This document shows, one piece after another, positions 36,523 through 46,262 of a stretch of 64,000 nt of DNA. The stretch spans positions 2,121 through 66,120 of the forward strand of contig JBMOIW010000002.1 of assembly GCA_049317145.1 (NCBI GenBank), read 5' to 3'. This DNA comes from Acidimicrobiia bacterium (lineage in GTDB: Bacteria; Actinomycetota; Acidimicrobiia; IMCC26256; JBMOIW01). The notes below the pieces were generated by a model that had not been told where the DNA came from, did no database searches, and saw only the letters and a list, made by a program, of their open reading frames with translations. Position 1 is the stretch's first letter. Each line of letters begins with the position of its first letter. A program made the translations under genes and the position numbers.

Positions 36523-37278
36523 ATGGCTGCAGTTCCCGTTTCGAGTGACGCTTCGACCGATGCCGCTCGGGCATTCGACGTGTACAAGATCTATGGCACG
36601 GGTGAATCCGAAGTACGCGCCCTTGATGGCATCAACGTGTCATTTGCGCGCAGTCGTTTCACCGCCATCATGGGTCCGTCTGGATCTGGAAAATCAACGC
36701 TGCTGCATTGCATGGCAGGACTCGATCGGGTCTCTCGCGGAAAGATCTTCATCGGCGACGACGAAATCTCGGCAATGACCGAGCGGGATCTCACGCTGAT
36801 CCGTCGCGACAAACTCGGCTTTGTGTTTCAGTCGTTCAACCTGATCCCAACGCTCAACGCCGTCGAAAACATCACGCTTCCGATGTCGCTCGCCGGGCGT
36901 AAGCCTGATGCCGAATGGCTCAATACAGTGATTGACACCGTGAACCTACGCAATCGCTTGACGCATCGTCCCTCTGAGTTGTCGGGTGGACAACAGCAGC
37001 GCGTTGCAGTGGCGCGTGCGTTGGCGAGCAAGCCGCAGATGATCTTCGCCGACGAACCCACCGGAAACTTAGATTCCAAGTCCGGAGTTGAGATCCTGCA
37101 GTTCATGCGCAAAGCGGTAGACGACTTTGCGCAGACAATCGTCATGGTCACCCACGATCCCAACGCCGCGAGCTATGCCGATCGTGTGGTCTTTCTCGCC
37201 GACGGCACCATCGTCGACGAGCTGACGGAGCCCACGGCACAGGCAATCTTGGGCCGTATGGCCAAGCTCGGCGAGTAA
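36523..37278 (+). CDS. ABC transporter ATP-binding protein (MacB/LolD/FtsE-like)
   Basis: Walker A 'GPSGSGKST', signature 'LSGGQQQRVAVARAL', Walker B 'IFADEPTGNLD'. Confidence 0.9.
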   Translation: MAAVPVSSDASTDAARAFDVYKIYGTGESEVRALDGINVSFARSRFTAIMGPSGSGKSTLLHCMAGLDRVSRGKIFIGDDEISAMTERDLTLIRRDKLGFVFQSFNLIPTLNAVENITLPMSLAGRKPDAEWLNTVIDTVNLRNRLTHRPSELSGGQQQRVAVARALASKPQMIFADEPTGNLDSKSGVEILQFMRKAVDDFAQTIVMVTHDPNAASYADRVVFLADGTIVDELTEPTAQAILGRMAKLGE

Positions 37279-37281
37279 GCG

Positions 37282-40017
37282 ATGTGGAAGGTCACGCTCC
37301 GCGGTGTGTGGGGCAAGAAAATCCGGTTCTTGCTCACGGGTCTCGCCGTCATCCTCGGTGTTGCATTCATGGTGGGCACCCTGGTGTTCACCGACACGAC
37401 GCGCGCGACATTTGACGACCTGTTCTCCAACGTCAACCGCGGCACCGACACAGTCGTCCGAGGGAAAAAAGCATTTGATTCCAACTTTGGCGAACAGCGC
37501 GCAAAAGTGCCCGAAGGTGTCGTACGAGTGGTGCAGGGCGTCGAAGGGGTTCGGGCCGCCGAAGGCGGCGTGCAAACGTACGCGCAGCTCGTAAAGAAAG
37601 ACGGAAAAGCGCTTACTACCGGAGGCGCTCCAAACCTGGGGTTCAACTACCCGCGAGTTGCGGAGCTCAACCCGTTTGTCCTCCAGCCAGGGAGTCAGGC
37701 CCCCGAAACCGCAGACGAGATTGTGATCGATGCGGGAAGTGCTCGTGCTACTGGGTATGGCGTCGGCGACTCGGTGACGGTGCTTACTCTCGAGAAGCCC
37801 AAGCAGTATCGGATTACCGGAGTTGGAAAATTTGGCACGGTCGACAGCCCGGGTGGAGCGACCGTTGTTCTGTTCACCCAGGCAGAAGCGCAGCGGGTCG
37901 CGGGCGTGCCAGGTCAGTTCGACATCGTGTCGGTTGTTGGTGACTCCGGAGTTAGTCAAGTGGTGCTCGCCGAGCGAATTCGTCGGGCGTTGACGGATCC
38001 GAACGTGGAGGTGCTGACCGGCGCGGCCTACACGAAAGAGACGCAAGATCAGATCGCAAAGTCGTTCCAGTTCTTTAACACGTTTTTGTTTGTCTTTGCC
38101 GGTGTGGCGCTCTTCGTTGGCGTGTTTCTTATCTACAACACCTTTACGATCGTGGTCACGCAGCGGTTGCGCGAACTTGCACTCCTGCGGGCACTCGGCG
38201 CAAAGCAGGGACAAATAGTTCGGTCGGTATTGCTCGAGTCCGTTGTTGTTGGGATGCTTGCGTCCATCGCGGGGATTGTTGTCGGAATTGGCTTGTCGCA
38301 AGTGCTCAAAGCTGGTCTCAGTGCGGCGGGTATCGATCTGCCTTCCAGCGGCATCGTCGTTCTGCCAAACACCGTGATCACTGGGCTGGTGGTTGGGCTT
38401 GCGATTACCGTGCTCTCGAGCATTGTTCCCGCCGTGCGCGCCGGGCGTATTCCGCCGATGGCGGCACTGCGCGAGGGTGGCGTGGAAGCAAGTCGTCGGA
38501 ACGGTCGATTTGGAGTTGCGCTGGGCCGGTTGATCACGGGTGGGGTGATCACCGCAATTGGCGCATCTGCGTTGTTGGTTGGACTCTTTGCAACGCCGGA
38601 GAATGCAATTGCGTATGTGGGTGCAGGGGCAATCATCATCTTCGTTGGTGTCTTCGTGCTCGCGCCAACGTTTGCTCGTCCGCTGAGCCGCGCGCTCGGG
38701 GCCGCACCCGTTGGTGCTCTTGTGGCGGCGGTTGCGGTGTTGCTGGGTGCCGGCGGTGTCGGCCTCCTGATCGGGGGTGGGTTGAACGCCCGTCGGCTCG
38801 GTGGCCAATTGGTGCTTGTGCTGGTTGCGGCAGCGATGTTGGGCGGGGTCGCAGTTCTCATGTTTCGAGCCGGGCGCTCGGCGTTCACGATGGCCGGCGG
38901 GCTCGGGCGGCAGAACGCAATGCGGAGCCCGCGGCGCACTGCGGCGACCGCCTCGGCGCTCATGATTGGCGTAGCGCTCGTAGCGTTTATTGCGGTGTTC
39001 GCGCAATCAATCAAGGCTTCGACGGGCAAGATCGTCGATGACGCGTTCCGAGCCGATTTAGTAGTCGCCGCTGCGAATTTCCAGGCAGGCCTCTCGCCAA
39101 CGTTGGCGGAACAGATCGGTGCACAACCGGAGGTCGCCGTAGCGGCAGCGCTGCGCATCGGGGTTGCTCGGGTGGATGGTTCCCCGGGGCTGATCGGTGC
39201 GGGAGACCCCGTCAAAATCGCCGAAGCATTCAATCTTTCCAGCACGGGCAATTTCGTCGGGCTCACGTCGCAGGGACTTGCAGTCGCAGACTCGACCATG
39301 AAAACCAAGGGCTGGAACGTTGGAGACATGGTTCCAGTGCTGTTTGCTCGGACGGGTGAACGAGAGTTTCGCATCGAAGCGACATACAAAGCCGGTGCGA
39401 TCGGTATCGCTGGTCCCCCCGTGAACTACTTCATGTCGAATGCGGCGTACGCAGCAAACTTTCCGCCATCCGGTGATCTACAGATTGCGATCATCTTGGC
39501 GCCGGGAGTGAGTGATCAACGAGCCAAAGAAGTGATTGCGCCGATTGTTGATCAATATCCATCGGCGGAGCTTCAAGATCAAACCGGATATAAGCGTGCG
39601 CAGGAAGCGCAGATCAATCAGCTAGTGAACCTGATTTTCGGCCTGCTCGCGTTGGCGATCCTGATCGCAGTGCTGGGCATCGCCAACACGCTCGGGCTTT
39701 CGATCTACGAGCGAAGGAGCGAGATCGGGTTATTGCGTGCCGTCGGGATGACCCGAGCACAGTTGCGTGACGCGATTCGCTGGGAGTCAGTGATTGTTGC
39801 GCTCTTTGGGACTGTGCTGGGCTTTGTTGTCGGGGTGTTCTTCGGCTGGGCGGTGGTTCAAGCGCTCAAGGAAGACGGAATTTCGACCCTCGCGATTCCG
39901 TATACGACCTTGGGGGTGGTGGTCATTCTCGCAGTGCTGTCGGGAATTCTCGCTGCAGTCATACCGGCACGCCGCGCCGCTCGTATGAAGGTGTTGGACG
40001 CGATCGCGTCGAAGTGA
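37282..40017 (+). CDS. ABC transporter permease with two FtsX/MacB-type domains
   Basis: 911 aa with an N-terminal TM segment, large periplasmic domains and two 4-TM FtsX-like blocks. Starts 3 nt after the ATPase gene. Confidence 0.85.
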   Translation: MWKVTLRGVWGKKIRFLLTGLAVILGVAFMVGTLVFTDTTRATFDDLFSNVNRGTDTVVRGKKAFDSNFGEQRAKVPEGVVRVVQGVEGVRAAEGGVQTYAQLVKKDGKALTTGGAPNLGFNYPRVAELNPFVLQPGSQAPETADEIVIDAGSARATGYGVGDSVTVLTLEKPKQYRITGVGKFGTVDSPGGATVVLFTQAEAQRVAGVPGQFDIVSVVGDSGVSQVVLAERIRRALTDPNVEVLTGAAYTKETQDQIAKSFQFFNTFLFVFAGVALFVGVFLIYNTFTIVVTQRLRELALLRALGAKQGQIVRSVLLESVVVGMLASIAGIVVGIGLSQVLKAGLSAAGIDLPSSGIVVLPNTVITGLVVGLAITVLSSIVPAVRAGRIPPMAALREGGVEASRRNGRFGVALGRLITGGVITAIGASALLVGLFATPENAIAYVGAGAIIIFVGVFVLAPTFARPLSRALGAAPVGALVAAVAVLLGAGGVGLLIGGGLNARRLGGQLVLVLVAAAMLGGVAVLMFRAGRSAFTMAGGLGRQNAMRSPRRTAATASALMIGVALVAFIAVFAQSIKASTGKIVDDAFRADLVVAAANFQAGLSPTLAEQIGAQPEVAVAAALRIGVARVDGSPGLIGAGDPVKIAEAFNLSSTGNFVGLTSQGLAVADSTMKTKGWNVGDMVPVLFARTGEREFRIEATYKAGAIGIAGPPVNYFMSNAAYAANFPPSGDLQIAIILAPGVSDQRAKEVIAPIVDQYPSAELQDQTGYKRAQEAQINQLVNLIFGLLALAILIAVLGIANTLGLSIYERRSEIGLLRAVGMTRAQLRDAIRWESVIVALFGTVLGFVVGVFFGWAVVQALKEDGISTLAIPYTTLGVVVILAVLSGILAAVIPARRAARMKVLDAIASK

Positions 40018-40512
40018 CTATTCGCCGCCGAGCTTGGCGTCTTTTGCCCGCACGTCATCGTGCATGCGGTCTTGGAACGCCACCATTCCTTTGCGGAGGT
40101 GTTCGTCGGTCATGGCGAGCATGCGAACGGCGAGCAGTCCAGCGTTGCGCGCGTTGCCGACGCCGACCGTTGCAACCGGAATTCCGCTTGGCATCTGCAC
40201 GATGGAGAGCAGTGAGTCCATACCGTCCAGCGGAGCAAGGGATACCGGTACGCCGATCACCGGCAGCGGAGTCATCGATGCCGTCATGCCCGGTAGGTGC
40301 GCGGCTCCGCCAGCGCCCGCGATGATCACGCGGATTCCGCGTTCGGCCGCGGTGCGGGCGTATTCGGTCATCACGTCTGGCGTGCGATGGGCCGAGACGA
40401 TGCGTACCTCGTGAGGAATGTCGAACTCCGTGAGGATGTCGATGGCACCTTGCATCACGGGCAGATCGGAATCGCTGCCCATGATGACGCCGACGAGCGG
40501 TTGTGATGCCAT
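40018..40512 (-). CDS. purE: 5-(carboxyamino)imidazole ribonucleotide mutase
   Basis: '[14 protein letters not shown]', 'SAHRTP' and '[10 protein letters not shown]'. Confidence 0.92.
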   Translation of the reverse strand: MASQPLVGVIMGSDSDLPVMQGAIDILTEFDIPHEVRIVSAHRTPDVMTEYARTAAERGIRVIIAGAGGAAHLPGMTASMTPLPVIGVPVSLAPLDGMDSLLSIVQMPSGIPVATVGVGNARNAGLLAVRMLAMTDEHLRKGMVAFQDRMHDDVRAKDAKLGGE

Positions 40513-40524
40513 CGTGCTCCTCGC

Positions 40525-41520
40525 TTAGCGCCGGGTGCGCTCGAGCTCGGTCTGTTCCATCTTGAGGTCGTGCTGGTACATCCGCTCGACCAATTCGGGG
40601 AACGAAACTTTGGGCTGCCAGCCAAGCTTGGTACGGGCCTTGGTTGCGTCGCCGAGCAGCAAGTCGACTTCGGCGGGACGATCGAAACGCTCATCGTGAG
40701 TGACGTACGGCTCCCAGCTCTCGTAGCCGGCCAGGTCGAATGCCACATCGAGGAACTCGCGAATCGAGTGGGTTTCGCCTGTCGCAACGACGTAATCGTC
40801 GGGCTCGTCTTGTTGGAGCATCAGCCACATCGCTTCGACGTAGTCACCGGCGTAACCCCAGTCGCGGCGTGCGTCGAGGTTGCCGAGGCTGATCGTGTCC
40901 TGGAGCCCCAGCTTGATGCGCGCAAGGCTGTTGGTGATCTTGCGGGTCACGAACTCCAGACCACGCTTTTCGCCTTCGTGGTTGAAGAGGATGCCGGAGC
41001 TTGCGTGCATGCCGTACGACTCGCGGTAGTTCATGGTCATGTAGTGCCCGAACACCTTCGCCACACCGTACGGGGAGCGTGGGTGGAATGGTGTCGTTTC
41101 TTTCTGCGGGGTCTCGCGCACCTTGCCGAACATCTCGGAGCTCGAGGCTTGGTAGAAGCGGATCGGGTTGTTTTCCGTGCCGCCGACGATGCGCACTGCG
41201 TCGAGCATGCGCAACACGCCCAGGCCAGTGATGTCGCCGGTGAGCTCAGGCTGCTTAAAGGACAGTTGCACGAAGCTGATAGCGCCCAGGTTGTAAACCT
41301 CGTCGGGCTGGACTTGTTCGACCGCAGCAATCAACGAACCGAGGTCCTGCAAGTCGCCATCGACAAACTCGATCGCCGGGTTTTCCTGCAGCACCATCTG
41401 GGCCTTCGGGTTGTTCTGGCCGCGGATCAGCCCGTAGACCTGGTAGCCCTTGCTCGTGAGGAGCTCGGCCAGGTGACGACCGTCTTGTCCGGTAATTCCA
41501 GTGATCAGTGCGCGCTTCAT
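40525..41520 (-). CDS. gmd: GDP-mannose 4,6-dehydratase
   Basis: Track ORF trimmed to ATG 41520. '[18 protein letters not shown]', '[10 protein letters not shown]', 'SPYGVAK' and '[11 protein letters not shown]'. Confidence 0.92.
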   Translation of the reverse strand: MKRALITGITGQDGRHLAELLTSKGYQVYGLIRGQNNPKAQMVLQENPAIEFVDGDLQDLGSLIAAVEQVQPDEVYNLGAISFVQLSFKQPELTGDITGLGVLRMLDAVRIVGGTENNPIRFYQASSSEMFGKVRETPQKETTPFHPRSPYGVAKVFGHYMTMNYRESYGMHASSGILFNHEGEKRGLEFVTRKITNSLARIKLGLQDTISLGNLDARRDWGYAGDYVEAMWLMLQQDEPDDYVVATGETHSIREFLDVAFDLAGYESWEPYVTHDERFDRPAEVDLLLGDATKARTKLGWQPKVSFPELVERMYQHDLKMEQTELERTRR

Positions 41521-41533
41521 GGAGTGCCTTCTT

Positions 41534-41980
41534 TCATTGCAGGTCGGTGCGACGATCCCAATCGGGATCGAGTTGGTACAAAAATTCTTGGCAACGTTGG
41601 GCCTCGTCGGTTTCGCCGATGAGTGCCGCGGCGGTGTGGAGCCCATTGAGGCAGCGGAGGAATCCGCGATTGGTCGGGTAATGCCAACGGACGAAGCCCG
41701 AGCCTCGCCAACCGTTTTGCCGCAACGTATCGAGCCCACGGTGGTAGCCCACCCGGAAATACGCGTACTGCTCGATCGGATCGCGGGCGTATTCGGCCAG
41801 GTGCGACCAGGCTTCGAGTGAACGGGGAGCGGCCGAGACGATCTGAGCAAAGCGAGCCCGCCGTTCGTCTTCGGGAAGTTGGTAGGCCGCAGCGATCGCG
41901 GCCGCGGTAGCCGCTGTTTCCGGGGGCAGCACCGTGTCTGGGAGGCCTTCGGGGGTGAGGTGTATGGGAGCGTCGTTCAT
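41534..41980 (-). CDS. DUF3151-like conserved actinobacterial protein
   Basis: 148 aa. '[45 protein letters not shown]'. The family name is recalled, not searched. Confidence 0.7.
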   Translation of the reverse strand: MNDAPIHLTPEGLPDTVLPPETAATAAAIAAAYQLPEDERRARFAQIVSAAPRSLEAWSHLAEYARDPIEQYAYFRVGYHRGLDTLRQNGWRGSGFVRWHYPTNRGFLRCLNGLHTAAALIGETDEAQRCQEFLYQLDPDWDRRTDLQ

Positions 41981-42054
41981 CGAAGCCAGATGCTAGGGCA
42001 TTGCACCCAGCCGACGTCGGGGCGAGATGTTGCGTCGCTCGTTACGATCGGGGC

Positions 42055-42708
42055 ATGGATCTGAGCTCCCTGGGCACTGTTGTCGTGCTCGTGCGCCATG
42101 CAGTGACCCCTCACACCAACACGATTCTGACCGGGCGCGCCCCTGGCGTCTCGTTGTCCGATGAAGGGCGTGCCCAAGCGGACGCGTTGGCTAAGCGGTT
42201 GGCACAGCTACCGATTACGGCACTGTACGCGAGCCCCATCGAACGCACGATGGAGACCGCGGGCGCAATCGGTGCGGCCTGTGGACTGTCGGTGCAGCAA
42301 CACGTCGGCGTCATCGAGGTCGACTACGGCGATTGGACCGGAGGTGTCCTTGCCGAGCTTGCGCAACATGATCTTTGGAAGCAGGTCCAGCGGAGTCCTT
42401 CGCGTGTTCGTTTTCCCGGTGGCGAATCGCTTGCCGAAATGCAAACGCGCGTCGTGCACGCGATCGACGAAATCGCTGCGCAGCATCGCGGCGAGGTCAT
42501 TGTGATTGTGTCGCATGCGGATCCGATTCGAGCAGCAGTTGCGGCGTATACCGGCTTGCATCTCGACTTGTACCACCGCCTGATCATCCTGCCTGCCTCG
42601 GTCACTGCGCTAGCACTGTCCGACGAAATCACGATGCTCTTGACGTGCAACGACACCGGTGCGTTACCGGGAACTGGTGCTGCTACAACACCCAAGGAAC
42701 CAGCATGA
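42055..42708 (+). CDS. histidine phosphatase family protein (MSMEG_4193-type putative phosphomutase)
   Basis: 'VVLVRHAVTPHT' (RHG-type motif) and a late 'VSHADPIRA'. Trimmed to ATG 42055. Confidence 0.8.
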   Translation: MDLSSLGTVVVLVRHAVTPHTNTILTGRAPGVSLSDEGRAQADALAKRLAQLPITALYASPIERTMETAGAIGAACGLSVQQHVGVIEVDYGDWTGGVLAELAQHDLWKQVQRSPSRVRFPGGESLAEMQTRVVHAIDEIAAQHRGEVIVIVSHADPIRAAVAAYTGLHLDLYHRLIILPASVTALALSDEITMLLTCNDTGALPGTGAATTPKEPA

Positions 42709-43247
42709 GCGAAGTGCTGGAGTTTGATGGAGTTGATGCCATCGGTACCGGCGCCATCGGAGTGCCCGGGCAGCGCGCGTTTTATCTCCAAGCGCGTAAA
42801 GGCAACTCGCAACTCACGGTGCTCGTCGAAAAAGAACAAATTGCGATGCTGACGCGGGAAGCAACCGAGTTTCTCGATCGGCTGGCAGAGGAATTCCCGG
42901 AGGATCCGAGCGACGTGGGTGCGGTGCTCGGCATGGAGGCCGACTTGCGGGAACCCACGGTTCCGTTGTTTCGAGTTCGTGTCATCGGGATCGGGTTTGA
43001 TCCGTCGCGGCGACAGATGCTCCTGGAGTTGCGGGAACATCAGGCCGAAACGGATCTCGGCCCAGGGCCGATGTTTGACGGTGACAAGCAAACTGATGGG
43101 TATATTGCCCGCGTCTACGCCTCGCGCGCGCAAGTTCGCGCCATGTGTGCGCGCGGTGAAGAGGCGGTAGCCGCAGGACGTCCACCGTGTCCCCTGTGCT
43201 TTGGTCCGATGAACGTGGACGGACATCAGTGTCCGCGTTGGAACTGA
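42705..43247 (+). CDS. DUF3090-family protein (C-terminal Zn-ribbon-like CxxC...HxC)
   Basis: ATG 42705 overlaps the upstream stop (ATGA). 'GAIGVPGQRAFYLQAR' and C-terminal 'CPLCFGPMNVDGHQCPRWN'. Confidence 0.75.
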   Translation: MSEVLEFDGVDAIGTGAIGVPGQRAFYLQARKGNSQLTVLVEKEQIAMLTREATEFLDRLAEEFPEDPSDVGAVLGMEADLREPTVPLFRVRVIGIGFDPSRRQMLLELREHQAETDLGPGPMFDGDKQTDGYIARVYASRAQVRAMCARGEEAVAAGRPPCPLCFGPMNVDGHQCPRWN

Positions 43248-43250
43248 TGC

Positions 43251-44003
43251 ATGTTTGTTCACGCTGACGGCACACCGGTGGAGCTGCCGGACCCGGACTG
43301 CAGGCTGGAAGTTTCGCTTGAGGTGTTGCAGCACGGTGCAGTCGAAATCTTGGGTCGTATCCCTGGTTCATCGAACTCTGCGTTCTTGAGCATCGTGACC
43401 CACGAAGGCCTTGCGCTCAGTGCGATCTTCAAACCCGGCGAGGGCGAGTATCCCCTGTGGGACTTTTCTGAAGGCCACCTGTATCGGCGCGAAATTGCGG
43501 CGTTCCATCTGAGCGAGTTGCTCCAGTGGGATCTCGTTCCGGCGACGGTGTTACGCGTAGATCAACCCGCTGGGCCTGGTTCTTTGCAACATACCGTGAC
43601 CCACGATCCGAACGAGCATTTTTTTACGCTGTTCGAAGATTACGCGGAACAGTTTCAGAAGTTTGCGGTATTCGATGTGTTGGCGAATAATGCGGACCGC
43701 AAGGGCGGGCACTGCATTCGGGCGTTGCGGTCAGATCGCATCGTTGGTATCGATCACGGACTTACGTTTCACGTCGATCCCAAACTCCGCACCGTCATCT
43801 GGCAATTCGGCGGTGAACCTGTTCCGGATGAATTACTCGAAGACGTTGCGCGGGTGCTCCCCGAGTTGCCGTCGGCGTTGGCGCCTTGGATTAGCGATCG
43901 GGAAGCGCAGGCGACGATCGAACGTGCCGTCGCGTTGTTGGAAACGCGAATCTTTCCGGACGCAGGTGATGATCCGCGTCGGTACCCCTGGCCGTTGATC
44001 TAA
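43251..44003 (+). CDS. SCO1664-family protein (PI3/4-kinase-like fold)
   Basis: 'FDVLANNADRKGGHC' and 'GIDHGLTFH'. Starts 3 nt after DUF3090. Confidence 0.75.
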   Translation: MFVHADGTPVELPDPDCRLEVSLEVLQHGAVEILGRIPGSSNSAFLSIVTHEGLALSAIFKPGEGEYPLWDFSEGHLYRREIAAFHLSELLQWDLVPATVLRVDQPAGPGSLQHTVTHDPNEHFFTLFEDYAEQFQKFAVFDVLANNADRKGGHCIRALRSDRIVGIDHGLTFHVDPKLRTVIWQFGGEPVPDELLEDVARVLPELPSALAPWISDREAQATIERAVALLETRIFPDAGDDPRRYPWPLI

Positions 44004-44006
44004 GCA

Positions 44007-44312
44007 CTAGTCGTTGGCGATGACGAACGCAGGATCGCGAAAGAATCGTGATCGCGGCACACAAACGTCCGCGCCCGTTGCGTGGTCGACCGGGAAATCT
44101 TCGAGGATGACATGCGGTCCGTATGCGACGACGCGTGTCCCGGGGCACGCGCTTCGGATTGCTGTCAGCTGACCGCCGTAACGGGCAAGATCCACGACCA
44201 CCGTGTCGAAGCTGGCGGCCTCTTCAGGGGCGCGCACAAACGTGGTGCCGGGGATGGCCGACTCCAGACGGGAACGATCCCAGAGATCGTCGACGAATGC
44301 GGCAATCCGCAC
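44007..44312 (-). CDS. hypothetical protein (101 aa)
   Basis: ORF starts 3 nt after the FrhB-like gene on the same strand. Coding-like composition, no motif recognised. Confidence 0.45.
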   Translation of the reverse strand: MRIAAFVDDLWDRSRLESAIPGTTFVRAPEEAASFDTVVVDLARYGGQLTAIRSACPGTRVVAYGPHVILEDFPVDHATGADVCVPRSRFFRDPAFVIAND

Positions 44313-44315
44313 GCG

Positions 44316-45488
44316 CTACGCCTCCACGGGCGTGGGAGGAACCGGGAGGTAGGGCTCGGCGACCCGTGCCGGCGCATTGATGAAGGCCACCTCCGGCCAG
44401 CGCGCGCGTTGTTTTTTTGCCAATTTGTGCATGAGTTCAATTGCCCCGGGATCGTCGTCGCCGGGGCGAATGTGCAATGCGCCGTCAGCAACCATGCGAT
44501 CAATGAGTTCGCGGCCGGTGTCCGTACGCACCACCGTGAGTGTCCAATCGTTGAACGCGCCAATGCCACCGGTCGAGATGTCGGCATGTTCTGCAGCAAA
44601 GTCCGGGCAGGTCTTGCAACCTTCGCGAGTGAACGCGTGGCATTCCTTGAGCGGCACTTCGACGTAGCGGCCGTCGTGCGTCCAGATCTGGAGCTTGCCT
44701 TTGATGTTCATCTTCTTGATGACCGCACGTGGCAGGTCATATTGCTTTTCGAGCAACTCTTCGAAGATTGCGTCGTCGAACGTTTTGGAGCAGAGCAAAC
44801 CGATATTGAGCGATAGTCGCCGTCCCGGTTTGCCGGCCTTGCGTTGTTTCATTACCGGTGGCACCGACGATTGACAGCTCATCCCGACGAGCGCAATGCG
44901 TTCGTCCTCTTTGTTGAGTTCCGAGTACGCCAGCGTGTTCGCTGAATAGGTGTAACGGCTGCCGGCGGCGGCGAGGACTTCGGCGCGTGTGCGCGCAACG
45001 CCCGGGATCGCTTTCCAGGTCGAGCCGTCGCCTTCGAGATAACTCACCAGCGCCGCATCGATGAGATCGTGTTCGAGCGCGTACACGAGAATCGCAGAGA
45101 CCAAGCCGCCATCTTGCCCGGCTTGATGGAGCTCGGTGTCGGCCGCACGCGCCAGGAAGATGTCTTTGCACACGCCGGAGACTTCTTCGGGGAGACGTGT
45201 CCGGCCGAAGAGAAACTCGTCGATCTCGGGTTCCCACGCGCGGAACCGAGGGCACGCCCGGGTGCAACTCGTGCAACCCTTGTCCCCGTGTGAACAGTCC
45301 GCAGGCCCGCCGTACTCCTCAAGTTGGAATGGTTTATAGACGCCGTTCGCATCGTCGTAGCCGAGGACATCGTGGGGACACGCAATGACGCAGCCCGCGC
45401 AACCAGTGCAAAGACCGGACGTCACAACCTCGTCGTAGAGATGCTTCCATTGAAACTTTTCCGTTGCCATAACCGGAGAGTCTTCCAT
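44316..45488 (-). CDS. coenzyme F420 hydrogenase/dehydrogenase beta-subunit (FrhB/FdhB) family protein
   Basis: N-terminal ferredoxin-type cluster 'CTGCAGCVIACPHDV ... CTSCTRACP', followed by FrhB-like N and C domains. Trimmed to ATG 45488 (alternative 45470) to clear the divergent DUF4190 gene. Confidence 0.7.
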   Translation of the reverse strand: MEDSPVMATEKFQWKHLYDEVVTSGLCTGCAGCVIACPHDVLGYDDANGVYKPFQLEEYGGPADCSHGDKGCTSCTRACPRFRAWEPEIDEFLFGRTRLPEEVSGVCKDIFLARAADTELHQAGQDGGLVSAILVYALEHDLIDAALVSYLEGDGSTWKAIPGVARTRAEVLAAAGSRYTYSANTLAYSELNKEDERIALVGMSCQSSVPPVMKQRKAGKPGRRLSLNIGLLCSKTFDDAIFEELLEKQYDLPRAVIKKMNIKGKLQIWTHDGRYVEVPLKECHAFTREGCKTCPDFAAEHADISTGGIGAFNDWTLTVVRTDTGRELIDRMVADGALHIRPGDDDPGAIELMHKLAKKQRARWPEVAFINAPARVAEPYLPVPPTPVEA

Positions 45489-45544
45489 GCCGATCAAGGG
45501 GTCGATTAAGGTTCGGCTGGTCGCAATTGGCTTGAGGGGGAGGC

Positions 45545-45946
45545 ATGGCGCAACCACCGGAATGGGAGCAACCCCAGGCGGGTTTCCCGATCCCACCACC
45601 GCCACCACCGCCCGGTCCCGCGCTTCCGATGCCGGGCTCCATTGTGGGACCCTACGGTCAACCACCAGTAGTAGGGGCACGAACGGACGGAAACGCGATT
45701 GCGTCCTTGTGCTGCTCGCTGGGCTTTCTCGCGATTGGGTGTTTGGGCATCGTTACGTCAATCCTGGCGATCGTCTTCGCCGCGAAAGCAGAACGCAACA
45801 TTGCGGCCAGCGGTGGCACGCTCGGCGGTGCCGGTCTGGCGAAAGCCGGAAAGATCATCGGTTGGATCGGAATCGGTCTCTGTGTCGCTGGTGTCGTTCT
45901 GTACGCGCTGATCGCTGTCTTTATCTTAAGCAGCAGCCCGAACTAG
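45545..45946 (+). CDS. DUF4190-type small membrane protein with Pro-rich N-terminus
   Basis: 'PIPPPPPPPGP' followed by two TM helices ('NAIASLCCSLGFLAIGCLGIVTSILAIVFA', 'GWIGIGLCVAGVVLYALIAVFIL'). Confidence 0.7.
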   Translation: MAQPPEWEQPQAGFPIPPPPPPPGPALPMPGSIVGPYGQPPVVGARTDGNAIASLCCSLGFLAIGCLGIVTSILAIVFAAKAERNIAASGGTLGGAGLAKAGKIIGWIGIGLCVAGVVLYALIAVFILSSSPN

Positions 45947-45950
45947 ACGA

Positions 45951-46169
45951 TTACGACGCATCGTCCAGCGCAATCGAGGCAACGTCGTAGCCGGCGGCAT
46001 CGATCGCGGCGATAATCGCCGCATCGGACGTATCTCCGTCAACAACGACGGTCTTGTTCGCAATGCTCACTTCCGCGTGCGTAATTCCGTCGGTTGTGCG
46101 CAACTCGTGCTCGATCGCCTGCTTGCAGTGATTGCACGAAATGCCCGGGACCGAAACGAGGCGAGTCAT
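45951..46169 (-). CDS. copZ: heavy-metal-associated (HMA) copper chaperone
   Basis: Only the last 72 codons of track ORF 45951..47291 are real. 'MTRLVSVPGISCNHCKQAIEHEL' carries the CxxC metal site. Confidence 0.8.
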   Translation of the reverse strand: MTRLVSVPGISCNHCKQAIEHELRTTDGITHAEVSIANKTVVVDGDTSDAAIIAAIDAAGYDVASIALDDAS

Positions 46170-46262
46170 GACGAACAGTCTTGCAGACGGGCTGGAACAC
46201 ACCGAAGCGATTGGCGGTTGAGACAGACATCGGGACGTTGCGCCCGTTAGCGTCGGAGACCA

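Noticed and set aside
46170-46262. A metal-responsive operator (CsoR or CueR/MerR type) in the copZ/copA divergent region.
   Set aside because: No convincing palindrome or extended 19-20-bp-spacer promoter is visible, and no regulator gene is adjacent. This remains undetermined rather than positive.
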